The notes beneath the pieces were generated by a model. It made no database searches. It was not told the DNA's origin and was given only the letters and a program-made list of their open reading frames with translations. The translations under genes were made by a program, and so were the position numbers. From Phoronis australis (lineage: Eukaryota; Animalia; Phoronida), in the NCBI GenBank assembly GCA_002633005.1, contig NMRA01000360.1, positions 397,049-461,048 of the forward strand: a stretch of DNA of 64,000 nucleotides. The letters are read 5' to 3'. Shown piece after piece: positions 50,151 to 63,623 of the stretch; the first letter of the stretch is position 1, and each line of letters starts with the position of its first letter.

Positions 50151-50724
50151 TTAAAAACCAGACTTTTCACTACCGTGTTTTCTTGCACAGAGGAAACCCT
50201 GACGAGCATGTTCACATTATTATAAGGGAAAATTAGGCTAGTAGACCGAATAAAAACTTTGGTCAAAAAAGTGTCAATCAGTGCCAATGGTGCACAGCTT
50301 CGCAGACTTCTTACGAGCAACAAACTTGATGGAAAACAAATTTCCAAGGTTACATGTCACTATTCCAAAAGTTCAGTACTCCAAAGTTTTAACTACTCCG
50401 ACGGTTCGCTACCTTCGAGAGTTCACTACTTTCGAATGGCCAGAACTCCTGCAGTTCATTACTCTGACTGTCTGCCAATGAGTCGGAACTGGCATGGATA
50501 AAGTATTGTATTTGTGTCCATTTACTTTAAAGAGTGTGCAAAAGTTAAGTAGTTCTTAAAACTTTAATTACATTGATTACAAATGATCTCTGTTCCAATC
50601 ACTGGCAATCGTGATTCTATGTCACTCTATATAACGAATCATTCTCCAGCAGGGACAACATCGGGTCAGGACTGCGGCAACCAACGGCGGCCGGGTTTTA
50701 AATTTAAGAATACTGAACTGAACA

Positions 50725-50888
50725 CAGTAGCGGGCTTAGAGTGGGGCCAAGGGGGCCATACCCCGCCCCCCCCCTAAAATTCTCCCAGATTCTTTTTGGC
50801 AGTTAGGCGGTGCGAAGGACTGACGCGGGGCAAAATCCTGGCTAATACTCTGCCCTGTCCCCCACTCAAAATCCTGGATCCGCCCCTG
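50725..50888. mobile_element. GC-rich MITE, same family as 9863-10016
   Basis: cagtagcggg...ggatccgcccctg; flanks gaaca/gaacg. Confidence 0.7.
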
Positions 50889-51635
50889 GAACGGGAACCT
50901 AAGTTGATCTCGTGAAGCGTGACAGGCCAGGGACAGGGTAGCCCACTAACTACATTTAGTCAAGGAGTGTTGTACGGTTGTACTGCACTCCTTGACTTAC
51001 AGTTTCGACCCGGCCGTGCGTGTGGGCGGTGGGTGTGCCGGGCTGAGGCGCAGCGGTCCTAAACTCAGTCATTCTGTGAAATGATGCGTTCTTGACATGG
51101 ATTTGATGCATGTACTGTGGTTGATAATTCATCAGTATTCCTACTTCATGTTCTTTTGCAAATGCAAGTACGTACTCATTTTTCCGTACTCGTAAGACAT
51201 GCGGGCACTTTTGGGTGCGCATGAAATCCGGGCCGATTGTTTTCGGTATAGCCGGTATACAACTCCGTGCATCTAATAACTGAAGTATCGTTTATTTTTT
51301 AGTGTAAAAATATAAAAATTACACCAGAGTCCGCAATTTTAGAACCTTCGGTATAGTGAACTGTTCTCATTTCCATCGTTGTAAGCAAATAAATGCAGCC
51401 AGATAAAAATTTCAAGCCATTCTCCGACTAAATATTTCCGTCCGAGTATGGAATGAGGTATAATCACTCATTTAAACACACCTGCTGATTTGAAAGTTTG
51501 TTAGGGGTTAACGTTAAAACGATCACTTTCTGAACCACTTTTCAGCCGAATTTGAGTCTCGTCCATTGCGAGCAACCGTCACGTGTATGGTAGGCCAAGA
51601 ACGACATAAGACCTGTTTATTTCAGGTAATAATTC

Positions 51636-51846
51636 GCGATTTATTCCACTAACAATTATTTAGCCAATCCGAAGCCAGGAATAATCACTGTATTTTCCAG
51701 TAATTAGTATTTTTCCAGTAGCAATTATTTATTAGTAGAATAAATCAATCAAACGGAGGCCAGGAATAATTACTGTAATAAATATTTACTACCGTAATTA
51801 TTTCTGGCTTCTGATTGGTTAAAGAATTATTACTGCACTAAATCGC
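51636..51846. mobile_element. AT-rich foldback MITE remnant
   Basis: agccaatccgaagccaggaataat / attatttctggcttctgattggtt inverted arms. Confidence 0.55.
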
Positions 51847-52571
51847 ATTTTTATGTCGCATTTGGTCTTCTATACACTTGGACAGCAAACCAGGGCCAGA
51901 CAGAAGTTATTATTAGTTACGCTCTGACCGAGTGATGACGACTCACTGCTTTTCGCGCAATTTACAAATCCGTATACCGAATTCTTATTTCCAGCGAAAA
52001 CTTAAGAAATTTTCGCAAACCGTCGTTTGCTTGAACTTGCAACATTTTGCAGTTGTGTGGCCTGTTGAATGGCGTTAAAAAGTGATTCACACCTCCACTT
52101 TCTTGAAACCACTTCTGAGACTGTCGTCTTGGGGGCGTGGCAGGCTGGGTCATGATGCAAGTTGCACCAGGTGTATCGTGGGCTGTTGAGGCCAGGAAAG
52201 TATCGTAAAGTACGATCGAAACTTCGCTCTTGTTACTATCGTAAACGATGTATCCAATGAGAAATTTGTTTGTGTACAAAAGGAAACCTACCTCGATACC
52301 CTTACCTGTCGAGATTAGACAACTCGACAGTTTTGCGTACCTCGAAGTCTGCCGGCATTGAAAAAACACACCATATTGTTGTGGTTAATTACATTGCCTC
52401 AGGGTGCTGATGTTATCGTTCTCTAATTAATTAATCAGATCCATCACAAACACAGTGGGACGACTGAACAAGAAATGACTTTTACAACCTAAAACGTTTG
52501 TATGATGTTGCCATCAAGTTCCTCATTCTTCTGGTTGTGCAATCCAACTGGGCTAATTACCATACCACCAG

Positions 52572-52684
52572 CATGGGCGGCGCACTATAGGGGGCTGGGG
52601 GGGGGGGGGTTATCGCCCCCACTTTTTTCAGTGNAAGCTGAGGGGGCTTTAGCCCACCAATTTTTCAGTGCTGCGCTGCCCATG
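52572..52684. mobile_element. MITE with perfect 5-bp TSD (ACCAG)
   Basis: accag|catgggcggcgca...tgcgctgcccatg|accag. Confidence 0.8.
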
Positions 52685-55342
52685 ACCAGGTATGAGCAGT
52701 TGAACGGAAAGCCAAGGGTCATCGTAAAATTCATTGAACGCTCGTTATTTTACGCTATCATTTTTGCGCTCGTAAAATATGAGAGCAAGATTAAATGGCT
52801 GGGCTGCGATACGATGGCACTGTTTACGCTCAAGCTGTTTCGAGAACATTGCGTATAGCGTAGTGAGAGGATGTTCCGAAGGAGGTTAGTCAGATTTGGT
52901 TATTGTAGCCCAGTAATACCTAACTTTATTAACCTAGGACCATATGTATTCAGTACTCCCAGTGACTCATTCTTTTTCACGAATTTTGAACTCAAAATAT
53001 ACGAGGATAAAACTACGAGTGTACCACTTCTTCAGAGCTCTCACGACCTACAAACCATTGGATCTAACGATTTCGGTAGTAAACTACGAGCGAAGTCTCG
53101 GTCGTACTGCCAGCGTATATTACGGGCGACACTAAATTCTTCTCAATGAACAGCCCAAGATACAGCTGCAACTTGCGCTGGCGCGCTCTTTTTCAGAGAG
53201 CGGAAGCTATTCTATGACCGTGCTTCTAACTTTCGGCTTTGAGCGGACAATCATTGACCATTGTTATCGTATTTACTGTGCGACTCCGCTGCGTCCGACC
53301 AATACAGGTTGTGCTATATACTGACGGGCGTACTTGACGAGTCGACTACAGCTCCCCAGGTTACGGGTCAGCTGCCAAGGTTTTATTGCAATCATGCCGC
53401 GTAGATCGAGTAGGCGAAGGAATGCCTCGTCTCCACCCGAGGGTCCTCCGAGCTCCCGAGCAAGATTGTAAGTAAGACATTATCTACGGTTATCAAAGGG
53501 AATTAGATTCTAGATTCCGTAAAGCATTGAGGTGGCAAGAGAATAGGCGTGACACCAAAGGAATGTTTATGCTATTTAAATCACCTCTGAATGCTTTCAG
53601 GGTTACTTGAAGGCGAGATCCTCCGATCTCGCGAAGCTGTCTGAGGGCTTCGCCCTCATCTACTCTCTCACGAATTTCAGGGTTACTGAGAACACACTAA
53701 GTACGCACAACTCGCCAAATGACTATCCATTCCTTCGGCAGAAACCGATAATTAACTGGTGAAAGCCGAATATGTTGAGCGCAACCACACCCGCAGTAAT
53801 TTATGGTAAGTCAAAGTGAACACACTTCGGAAGTTTTGTCACTATATTCCATATATTTTGACTTTGTCGCCAGGTATATTCCGAATTTATGCCCCCTCTC
53901 CTAAAATTTAGTAATATCAATCAATTTAAATGCTGGTGTTAATTCGATTTTATACCCGTTGATTCATTGACTACTTTACCGATTAATAGCCTCATCTAAA
54001 ATCGATTGATCAAAACTGGTAAATTTATGAGACATTGAGATTCAGAATATGTGGTGGTAGGGTAGATAGTCCGGTATACAGCTGCTCGTCAGCATAATAA
54101 CAGGTAACGTACTACTGAAATAGAGGAATGTATGAGGGCATAGTGTGAAGGGTCAGTGCAGTCAAAGGCCTCTTAACAACAATATTATTTCTCCAAACGC
54201 AACCTTATGCAATGTCATCGGTGGGTAATGTTTGCGTTTTCGTCCAAATGAATGCCCTTTTTGAAAAGCAATATCTGTTAGCCGTTAGCGAAATAAAGAT
54301 AGCGGCTTATTATTTGTTCAGGCTTATTGTCCTCTGGACTTGCTCAAAACACTTCAGTTTTTGGCGCTCAATGCATGCGCCTTAGGATAAGAAATGCAAA
54401 CGTCTGTCTCTCGATATACAACGAAATGAACGAAAGGGTAACCGGTCATCTAGGTGCTCATCGTCCCGAGAATGTATTCGCATTTAAGTAGAAGGCGTAC
54501 AAGAGGCGTGAAACTCTTTAGATGAACATTAAAAGCAATGTAACATTTAATCCTCGAACTGGACCTGTTCTCACGAGTTAGTGGTTCATCAAAATGACAT
54601 GTCTGGCGAATTATCTGAATTTGGATGACGGTGCCGGGTGAAAGTGGGCATCGAGTGAAAAGGATCACATTTTATCGTAATGCAATCTAGGGTTAAACCT
54701 TATACTACGTTATCGACGTCATCTGACTCGCCATGAAAGTAAATTCTTCGCTCTCACGCCTTTGTTTGCGTTCAGGAGCTCAAGTTTCTCGGTTTTGTAT
54801 TTCTTCTAGAGGTGTTATATTATCTGCCATTCACACAATCCGTCGGCTCTTTTAAAAAAACGGGCTCCGTTGTCCATTCGCAGCATTATCTTGAATACTC
54901 GGCTCAGGGCTGGGTACTTCTATACAAAGTATAAACGGGACGTGCCCCGCAACAGACAAAATGCCTATTCGACACGTGAAATGCATGCATTTTTAACAGA
55001 GAGTTTTTGCTATACTTTTATTTCCACTATCACTAATTAAATACGTATTTTAAGCTTCGCATGCAGTGCCACTTTTGAAATTTGTTTATTACACAACACA
55101 CATGCATAATTAAAAAGTGAAATCGTATAAATTGTCAATAAATAATTAAAAAAATGAATAGATAAACCTGAACGCGCATGCCACCAAGATTATTGTTATA
55201 TTTCATGGTGGTCCATACAAATACATGGATAAATATGAACAGGTGATACGAATGATAGGACACATATTATTATAATTATTGTATTCATTTCTTTTATAAT
55301 CCTTGCCTGTGTATAGTCGATGTTCAGAAAGTTACAACACGT

Positions 55343-55570
55343 GGGCCTGTTCAAAGAAACTGACTGAAGTTCCTTTTTTAAGATTTGTCTCAACTTCCAA
55401 ACTTAATTCCTAACTGGTAAGTTAGTCAAATTTTCAACTGAGAGAGTCAAAAACTTATTCAAACTTGAGATGTCTTTGTTGGAACGGACTTGAGACAAAA
55501 TTGAATTTTTTTCTTAGGAAAATTGACTTAAATTTGTCTTAGATATGTCAGTTTTCTTGTAACGGGTCCC
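55343..55570. mobile_element. MITE (PIF/Harbinger-like ends), degenerate
   Basis: gggcctgttcaaagaaactgac / gtcagttttcttgtaacgggtccc. Confidence 0.55.
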
Positions 55571-55587
55571 ATATCTGTAAAGCATAC

Positions 55588-57593
55588 ATCTCAGTGAATT
55601 CCTGATCTTCCAACAGCTGTGAGACATTATTTGTGTCATAATTTATGCTTCTTGTAGTGCCTATAACTTCAACGAACTTCGTCCCCGTTTTGGATAAAAT
55701 GTCCATTGTGTCGTATGATGTAATAAACCCCCAGGTCACCCTCAACTAAATACTATAGGGATTGGCGAACTGTTGCCTGTTTAGTTATTAGGGTCAAATC
55801 GGTACGCAAGTATACAGGCGTTCGAACTGATGATGGATGGATCATTGTCGGTGTCAAAATGGGGGCGCTGTAACATGGACCTCGTCGAAAATGAGGGTCT
55901 AATTTGACCCACCTCGCATATCGCATTTTAAAAATCACCTTTGACAAAGACTTCGGTTCAAAGGCCAGACTGGCAGCGGTGCACTTCTTGCAGAGAATTT
56001 GAGCTAGTGATACTTGATAGTACGAGGAACCAGCAAGAGATATCTCGGTTCATAATTTGATATTTCCTTAACACATGAGCCTCCTTAAGAAAGAACATGA
56101 ACTAATTGCTCCTTCACCCCTCCTATAAACATTGCATTGTTTCCCGACGTTTTAAAAAAAATTTTACTAACTTTGGTGATTCCACCACTGAAAAGCTGGT
56201 TCCGTCACCCGCTGGGGGTCCAATGACACATGTACCTCCCTATGAACAGTAGAAACAGTTTTCAAATAAGACACGTCCCCATCAGTGCCATACAAGGGAT
56301 GGTTTGTTAATGATTGATTTGGAAAGTCCTCCTCGCAGTCGGCGTCCTGCTGTCTGGCTATAACCACACTTATACTTATACCTGGCACTTACTTGGCAGA
56401 CTTGAAAGGAATTTAAACATTTTCGGAGATTGACAACAATAATAGAACTTTAGTTTATTTTAAACCTTTAAATGAGATTCTCAGAATCTACTTTAATAGA
56501 TAAAACAGACAACAAAGCCGATTTCAGTGTCCTTTGTAATATTTGCTAATTAAGTCATTGTCTCGATAAACGCTAGGAACCTAGATAAAAGTCAACATTT
56601 TTTCTGGGAGTTTTAGGGTTTCATTTCACAACTGTAAAGTTTGCGTTGGTTTTTGTTTTTCGTGAAACAGGCTTTTGTTCACTTTTTGTTTGTTTTAAAT
56701 ACCCAAGTTGTTTAATCGATGAACATAGCTGATAGAATTCCACATAGATAAAACTCAAGTGCTTAATGTTTGTAGAGGCAAAAAGACTGTCACCTCTGCA
56801 AACGCGATCCAGTCTCGCGATAATTTTTTACACCCGTGACGTGGTGTGAGCCAGTATGACGGCATTAAATTACCCGCGAGATCAAACTGAACTAACAGCT
56901 GAGCTGTCTCAAACTGAACTAACAGTTGAGCTGTCTCAAACTGAACTAACAGTTAAGCTGTCTCAAACTGAACTAACAGTTGAGCTGTTTCAAACTGAAC
57001 TAACAGTTGAGCTGTCTCAAACATCCAATATGAACTCAAGGTTTAAGGTTACTGTTTTCATATTGCATGAATCTCTTCATTACTAACTTCAGCGCATAAT
57101 TTGTCGGGTCAAAAATTGTTTGAGACTTGACACCGACAGGTTTTCTTTTCAAGGAGTAAAAGGTGTGATAGACACCGAGAAGAACGTGTTTGTGATACAT
57201 TTTTAAATCGACATATTGTCATCCCTAATCCACTAAATGTCTCAAGTGTATACAAGTCATTGAGAGACTGGGACCGGAGCACTTACGTCACCTCTTCAGT
57301 TAGGCCTAGTTGACTTGATATAAACAGATTCAAAATCTCTTCTAAAGCGAATAAGTAAAAAAATGATTTTCTGTGGCTAGATGTAACTAACACGGTTGTG
57401 TTATGAAAAACGTGAATATTCTGCTCTCGTATAGTTTGGGATCCATTTTCCGGGTACCTTTAGAATAATTGTTGCAATTTAGTACTGCAGTCGACTTTAC
57501 CGTTTTCCCATACCAGTTCCTCTCGGCACAACTACAGTGACTACCTTCCCTTGTGCATCTTCCACAGGACCACTGTCATCAAAAGTTTGAACT
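55588..57593 (-). other. Exon-like segments (57593-57514, 56381-56236, 55745-55588) that could encode a divergent cadherin-like repeat
   Basis: GT-AG-bounded, phase-compatible open segments with DDxxP, GxxxxVxAxxxDAD, HRE and downstream strand-like motifs; no database confirmation. Confidence 0.35.
56882..57021. repeat. 27-bp minisatellite, about 5 copies
   Basis: tcaaactgaactaacagttgagctgtc. Confidence 0.9.
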
Positions 57594-57757
57594 CTACAAT
57601 TTTGTTTAATTTCAATTTGTAGCCAAGATGCTGTGGTGCGTGATGGCACACTCTGTGAGGCCAAAACGTACGTACCCACCCTAAAAAATGTTCAAGCATT
57701 AGGCTCGTTCCCCCAATGCATTAGCTTGTGAATATTAGAAATAATTATATCCAAATT

Positions 57758-58011
57758 CATGCGCGCAACCAGGGGGGCCCGGGCTCGGGGGCTCGAAGGA
57801 GCCCCCCATTTGGCGAAGTGGGCAAAAAAGTCCTAGAAAACGGGACAAAAGTCCTCTAAAAAGGCGTAAAATTACAATTCACAGCTCCGAACGTGGTACC
57901 CGTTTTTTTTTTTTTTTTTTTGTTTTTTAGTCCTCCCGCTTTTATGTTAGTAAAAGGTACACATCGTCGGAAATTCGAGCCCCCCCATATTAAAGGCTAG
58001 GTGCGCGCAGG
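57758..58011. mobile_element. MITE with 5-bp TSD (AAATT)
   Basis: aaatt|catgcgcgcaacc...ggtgcgcgcagg|aaatt; internal gggggctcgaa/ttcgagccccc. Confidence 0.75.
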
Positions 58012-59764
58012 AAATTAGTGTTGATTTCATGATTGTATTTCTCGCCTGTAGTTCGTGTAAGGTGCTTTTGAAGGCGCTAAATCCTGTTGCTATGTATTTA
58101 ATCTACTGAAACGATTGATTGTCGTGATAAATACTTCACTGCCAAACAAATGTTGTTCTTCTGACAGTGGCAAAACTTTTTATTGTGTACCGCCCGGGCA
58201 AAGTTTAAATTTGTTTGAAAAAATCATGCCACGGCCGTCCTTGCAGAACTGCGCCGAAGAAAACGTGGGACTTTCATTCAAGTTAAATGTTTAATTGGCA
58301 TCTATAACGAATCATCGGTGTAATGACAAAAACGAGTAGGTTCTCTTAGAGCCGCACTAACGAGATTACATACTTGGCCCCATCAAGCCGAGCAGTGCCA
58401 CCTGTTAGCTGTAAAGTTCTTATAGTTGACTGGGAACCTTTTGCTCTATCAGTAGTTGCTTTCCGTTTGAGACTGCATCGTCTTTGTTTCCACTACAAAG
58501 TCAGTATCAGAGACAAAATCTCCATAAAAATCAGTTACCTTCCACACTGACGCACTTATGTGTTGACGTGAGAAGAAGACTAGAACCAACTGTCCACGTT
58601 CACGCCCAATAAAAACATTCGTATTGTATATGTGTCGGCTGACTTCATAAAAATACTTTTGCTGAGCAAACCAATAATGCAATACTTATTTTTCAGGGTG
58701 GATGAACCAACTTTCCGAAGTAGAGGTATTCGTCAGGGCGGAGTGACGTCATTGCTTGGAAGGCGACCCTTGCGGACAAAGCCGAACTCGTATTATGCGG
58801 TCTTGCAACCTTTAGAGGCAAAGGGTGATTTTCACTTTTTGGTTGTCTTAGTCCCGCGGGATTTTCCCATTGTGGGGTTGGTAGGGACGTACCGTCAACT
58901 GGGGTAGGTACACGATATTCCCCTCAACAGGCATCAGTTGTCGGCTGGGTATTTTGCTCGCGGCTCTCGTTCGGATGGGTAGCCAGCATCATAGAACCAT
59001 AGATTAAATGACTATTTAATCTATGAGAGAGCTCGCCTCGGATGCCAGTGGGTAAATAAAAGACGTCATGACTTCCGGTGTCGTGTAAATACGTTTCCCT
59101 GGTTTCCAAGTTTCTCGGTAAATGTTAGTTCCCTGAAGTATGCACTCTTTTACACAGGCGCTCGAATTTCTGGATGACTCATAACCATTTCTTAGAAATG
59201 AGTGACGTCAGTGATGATCGAGGAACAGATAAACTCAAGCGCCTATGCTCCTTTAGGGAAAAGAACACAGCCCGGTGAACGAATCTTGTTGTTAAACCAT
59301 CAAAGTAACTTTTCACTTTTAGACCTCGCTGTTAATTAATTTGTTTTGGCATTTTTTCTTACATTTCGAAGTTTGTTGAGCCAAAGTGACCTACATTTAA
59401 GGTAACCTAGTTGTTCATAGTTCGCTGGTCGTTAGATTTTTAAATCATATTTCAACTTGTTACTGATTTGATGGAAATTCAAAAAATTACTGCAATGAAT
59501 GATACTGGCAAATACCGACTTACTCAAGTGAAAATATATCATTCCTAAGAGGACGAATACAGAAATGCATTCACAGGAAACTTGTTCAGCAACATGAGGA
59601 AACTTCAGTATTTACCGTGACCCTGTTGCGAAATCACGACAGTTCACGAACAAAAACTCCAAGAGACACAATTCTTACAAATTCCACGGATATCTCCCCA
59701 TGATATTTCTTACAAGTGTCACGCACCTGGTCACGGGAGAGTCTCGCGCTTGTTCTTGTCTAAC

Positions 59765-61075
59765 TAGGAGTAGTAAGTAGTAGATAATAAGTCGGTGAGA
59801 TTTAACAATGAAACGTTAGCACAAGTGCTATTATCCGACAAATTTAAAATCTACAAAACGAATATACAGAACTAAAATACTAGCCAATTCTACAGTACGG
59901 AGAATATACAGAACTTAAACATAAATATAAATACAAAACTACACATACATGTTACAGAGCGTATAGGCATCCATATCATGAGCAAGAGTGGCAAATTCAT
60001 TTAAGGCAGTACATTGTCTCACTACTGATGGCAATGAGTTCCACAGCAAAGTAACTTTATGGGAGATTGAGTTACACCCGTTAGTCATCGTATTAAAACG
60101 TTTCACATAGAGACAGTTTTCACCTCTGAGACCGTATCCAGACTCTCTAAATTCAAGCTTTCCTGAGGACAGGGTCCAATGATATGAACATTTTTGAATA
60201 CTTCAATAGATAAACATTTCATCCCCCAACTAGTTAGAGAGCAGCTCCTAGCCTTAACTAAGAGTTGTGAGTAGCTGGACTCGCTGTCGTTGAACACAAA
60301 TTTTAAAGCACGGTGCTGTATCTTTCCCATTTTCCTACTTTTCTGTATTCCACATAGGTGCCAAACGAGGGGACAGTGATTAAAATAGGATCTTATAAAT
60401 GCGTAATATAACTTAAGCTTACTGGTAATGCCTAAAACATTACGAAGACGGAACAAGGCATTCATTTGTCTAGAAGCGTTTTTTTTGCAAACAACATCAA
60501 CGTGCTCATGGAATTTTAACTAGTTGTCAAGTTGGACACCTAGCAGCTTAACGGACTCTTCACACTCAATCATAGTATCACCAGACATGATATACCTATC
60601 ATTATTATGTACACGATTCCTAAAAAAAATGATTGATTTAAAATTACCAGGGTTTACAGCCGTTCTATTAGAGGAGAACCAATCCATTGCCATCTGCACA
60701 GCTACCTTGAGGCTGAGGCGAACTACAGATAAAGAGGAGTTTGCTTGCAAGAGGGTGTTGTCATCAGCGTAATTATATAACTTACAGTGACCGCTTATAG
60801 CGTAAAATATATCATTGATAAAAATGTTGAATAACATGGGGCCTAAGACATACCTTTGAGAAACGCGGCTTGGTACATTTAACCAGTCACTGACAGTGGA
60901 GCCAATTTTCACTCTCCTCCTTCTATCACTGAGATAGGACATTATGAGGTTACAGGTATTCAGTGTGCAGCCATAGGCTTATAGTTTGGCAACGAGGAGC
61001 TCATGGGGGAGGCAATCAAAAGCCTTATACAGATCAATTAGTATGCACCCAGCAAATAAATTATTATCCAGAGCT
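59765..61075 (-). mobile_element. 5'-truncated, decayed non-LTR retrotransposon (CR1/L2-type LINE), reverse transcriptase C-terminal half plus 3' tail
   Basis: IDLYKAFDCLPHELL, VLGPMLFNIFIND, YADD, VKLLGVQLDN, FNHCPLVW, IQHRALK and LWNSLP with stops and frameshifts; 3' gtcgg/ccgac stem and short ctact repeats. Confidence 0.88.
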
Positions 61076-62784
61076 AAATTTTCATTTAAAATTTCATCAA
61101 AATGTAGTTTTCATTGGTCTAGTCGTTCAAAAACTTGGTTGACAGCAGTTAGCACACTAACTGGTACTGGGCTAACCTGACTTCAGTTGAGTACTTTGTG
61201 TTTATCGCTCGCGGTGAAAGAAGTGAACAGCTAGCCTACCAAAAATGTGGAGTTGGAATTCTTCGCCAAAATCGTCTTTTAAGCCTGTATACTAAATATA
61301 CAGCTTTGCTGGCCAAATAAGATTTGGCAAAAAATTAGTGTCATTAAAAACTACGCTTTTCCTTGAGTAAACGAAGTTATTTGCCGGTGTTGGAAAGATT
61401 GGCGTTCTGCCGTCATTCTGTTATTAAAATTGAGAGCTCATATCTTTCGCGTTGGCTTTCGGCGCCATGAACTTAATGAATATTGCGTCACCTGTAGGCC
61501 ATCTTCTTTTTTCGACGATTCTTCAATCTACTGGTCTTCTTCCACGAGGTTGTGCACATGTCACTACAAATTTCACTTCTTCACAAGTTTTTAGTATTTT
61601 TATAACATCAAATCGATTTTCAGACGAAGCTTTGCTGCTGCGAAGCTGTCATCATCTGATGTGTAGTCAACCAAACGTCTATAAAAACGGATTTAACTCA
61701 GTAAAAGCATGTTCTATGAAAGTAGAAAGCCTTTAGAATCTGATATTTGCCATCCATAGCAAAATAATGACATCAGTACCACGGTCAGATTTCATTTGAT
61801 ATATTCAAGAGGAAATCTCATGTTACAGTTCTCTAACTTATCATTTGGTTTTCATTTTATGCAACTTTTCATTTTTTCGTAAAAATCCTCATATTTTTGA
61901 TAGTCTCTTGTGGAAAATGGGAACATCTTTAAAACAATTCCTAACCTAACAGCGTTCTGGAGAACACTGCATGACGCAAAGCATCTGAATCAACCTTTCT
62001 GAGATTTGGGCAGTGTATTGGTTATTGTCGTACACAATAGATGTCGCTAAAAAGGAAGACTAAAGATGGCAGCTTCCCGAGAGCATGACATTTCAGTAAT
62101 ATCCTTTGTGGTTTATTCGTGTACTGACTCACCAAACATTGCAATGACATTCCAAAGTTTGCCCAATTTAAACATCTAGGGCCTTACATAACCTTAACTG
62201 TGAAACCTACGACTTATACTTATTGTTTACGACATCATATCCCTGAACGAAATCAAAGCCTCGGATTTCCAGATCACTCACAACCAGAAATAAGAAACAT
62301 GTAGTTAGTGAGTGACGTCATTTGCGATCGAGGAACAGATAAACCCAAGGGTCTGTGAACGCAATATAGTTCCACTATTGACATAGTGCACTAAACGAGA
62401 AAAACTAGTTTACGTTCATTGAGAAATTTAATGTAAAACAGCCTTAATTAAGTTGATTCAGTCATAATGTAAAATTGCCGTGAGGACTTGACCGGGACCT
62501 CAGGGGTCTCACACTCCACTGATTTATCCACATTATTTTGAAAACGCTTTGCCCAGTCACACATTGTGTGTCATAAAAGAGATAAGCATGCCAGCAGCTG
62601 ACGCAGCAAGTAGAACTACTCCCGTTATAGGTGTAGACTCACAGTTGAACTGTGGTTTTCCGTAGACCCCAGACCGTCCCGAGTTGCACCATATACCAAC
62701 TCCGGACGGTCTCTCACGACCATTAAGCGTTATGACTTCAGATCCAAGTATGTCTGGGGGATTATTTAAGCCAATTTCAGGCAG

Positions 62785-63623
62785 TGGCACGATATAGGGT
62801 ATAGTGAAAACTCGCATTTTAAAATGTGTCGACTATTGAGGGTCGCGAAATCGAAACATCAGTGATTCGTTTCGCGACCAAAACCCGCGAAAACTTCCAA
62901 ATCATGCCGGGAGAAACAAAAGTCCGTAAACCGGCAGGCAAATCGGTCCCGGCTCCCGCCAATGACAGCATACCGTGCGCCCCTGTCTTCCAGTGGCCAG
63001 GCTCCGACCCGATACGGATTCCGCGCTCCGGCGCTTGGATAGTCATATGACATTTCTTTGTACTCGCAAAATTTTTCAACCCAACGTTTCTGAAAGTGAC
63101 ACGACAAATGGCCAGGGTATCTGTGAAAACTCCTCAGACGGCGGTCTGGCACGGTCAAGTCCGGCAGCTTAATTGCGGGGTCTGCGCTCCCGAGGTCGGA
63201 GCGCGGCTGCAGGTCTCATAGTGTCACCTGCGTATGTGTGCAAAATTTTCTGTTTCGAGAAATGTGTTGGTTCCTATTGGCCATTTGTGTCGGTTTCAAC
63301 TTGAAGTTGAGAGACGTCGGTCGTGATGCCGACTAACTGCCGGCATATGTACTTTATGCGGTCTCCCAGAATGGCATCTGAAGCGGTCCACATAAAAGGC
63401 ATGATCGGCTGCCCAGCGGCTGCGTATCCATTACCCACGGGTTGGCGGAGTACCAACTGGGAGAATGACTTCGCGCCCGCTATACCGCTGCCGGAAATTG
63501 ACGATCCAGTCGGTGATCGTAGTTTAATCAGCAAGTTTTTGCGGGTTTTAGTTGCGAAACGAAATGTGTCGATTTCGTCGTCAATAAGCGACACGCGTTT
63601 TCACTTTACCCTATATCGTGCCA
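62785..63623. mobile_element. GC-rich non-autonomous TIR element with long imperfect inverted arms
   Basis: tggcacgatatagggta.agtgaaaac...tttcgc.ac.aaaacccgc.aaaactt present in inverted orientation at both ends; inner acaaatggcca/tggccatttgt. Confidence 0.7.

Noticed and set aside
56856-57086. ORF with ELSQTELTV repeats
   Set aside because: Translation of a 27-bp minisatellite, open because the unit is a multiple of 3.
62826-63594. Two opposite-strand ORFs sharing RFATKTR.N as paralogous genes
   Set aside because: The similarity is the inverted arms of one TIR element.
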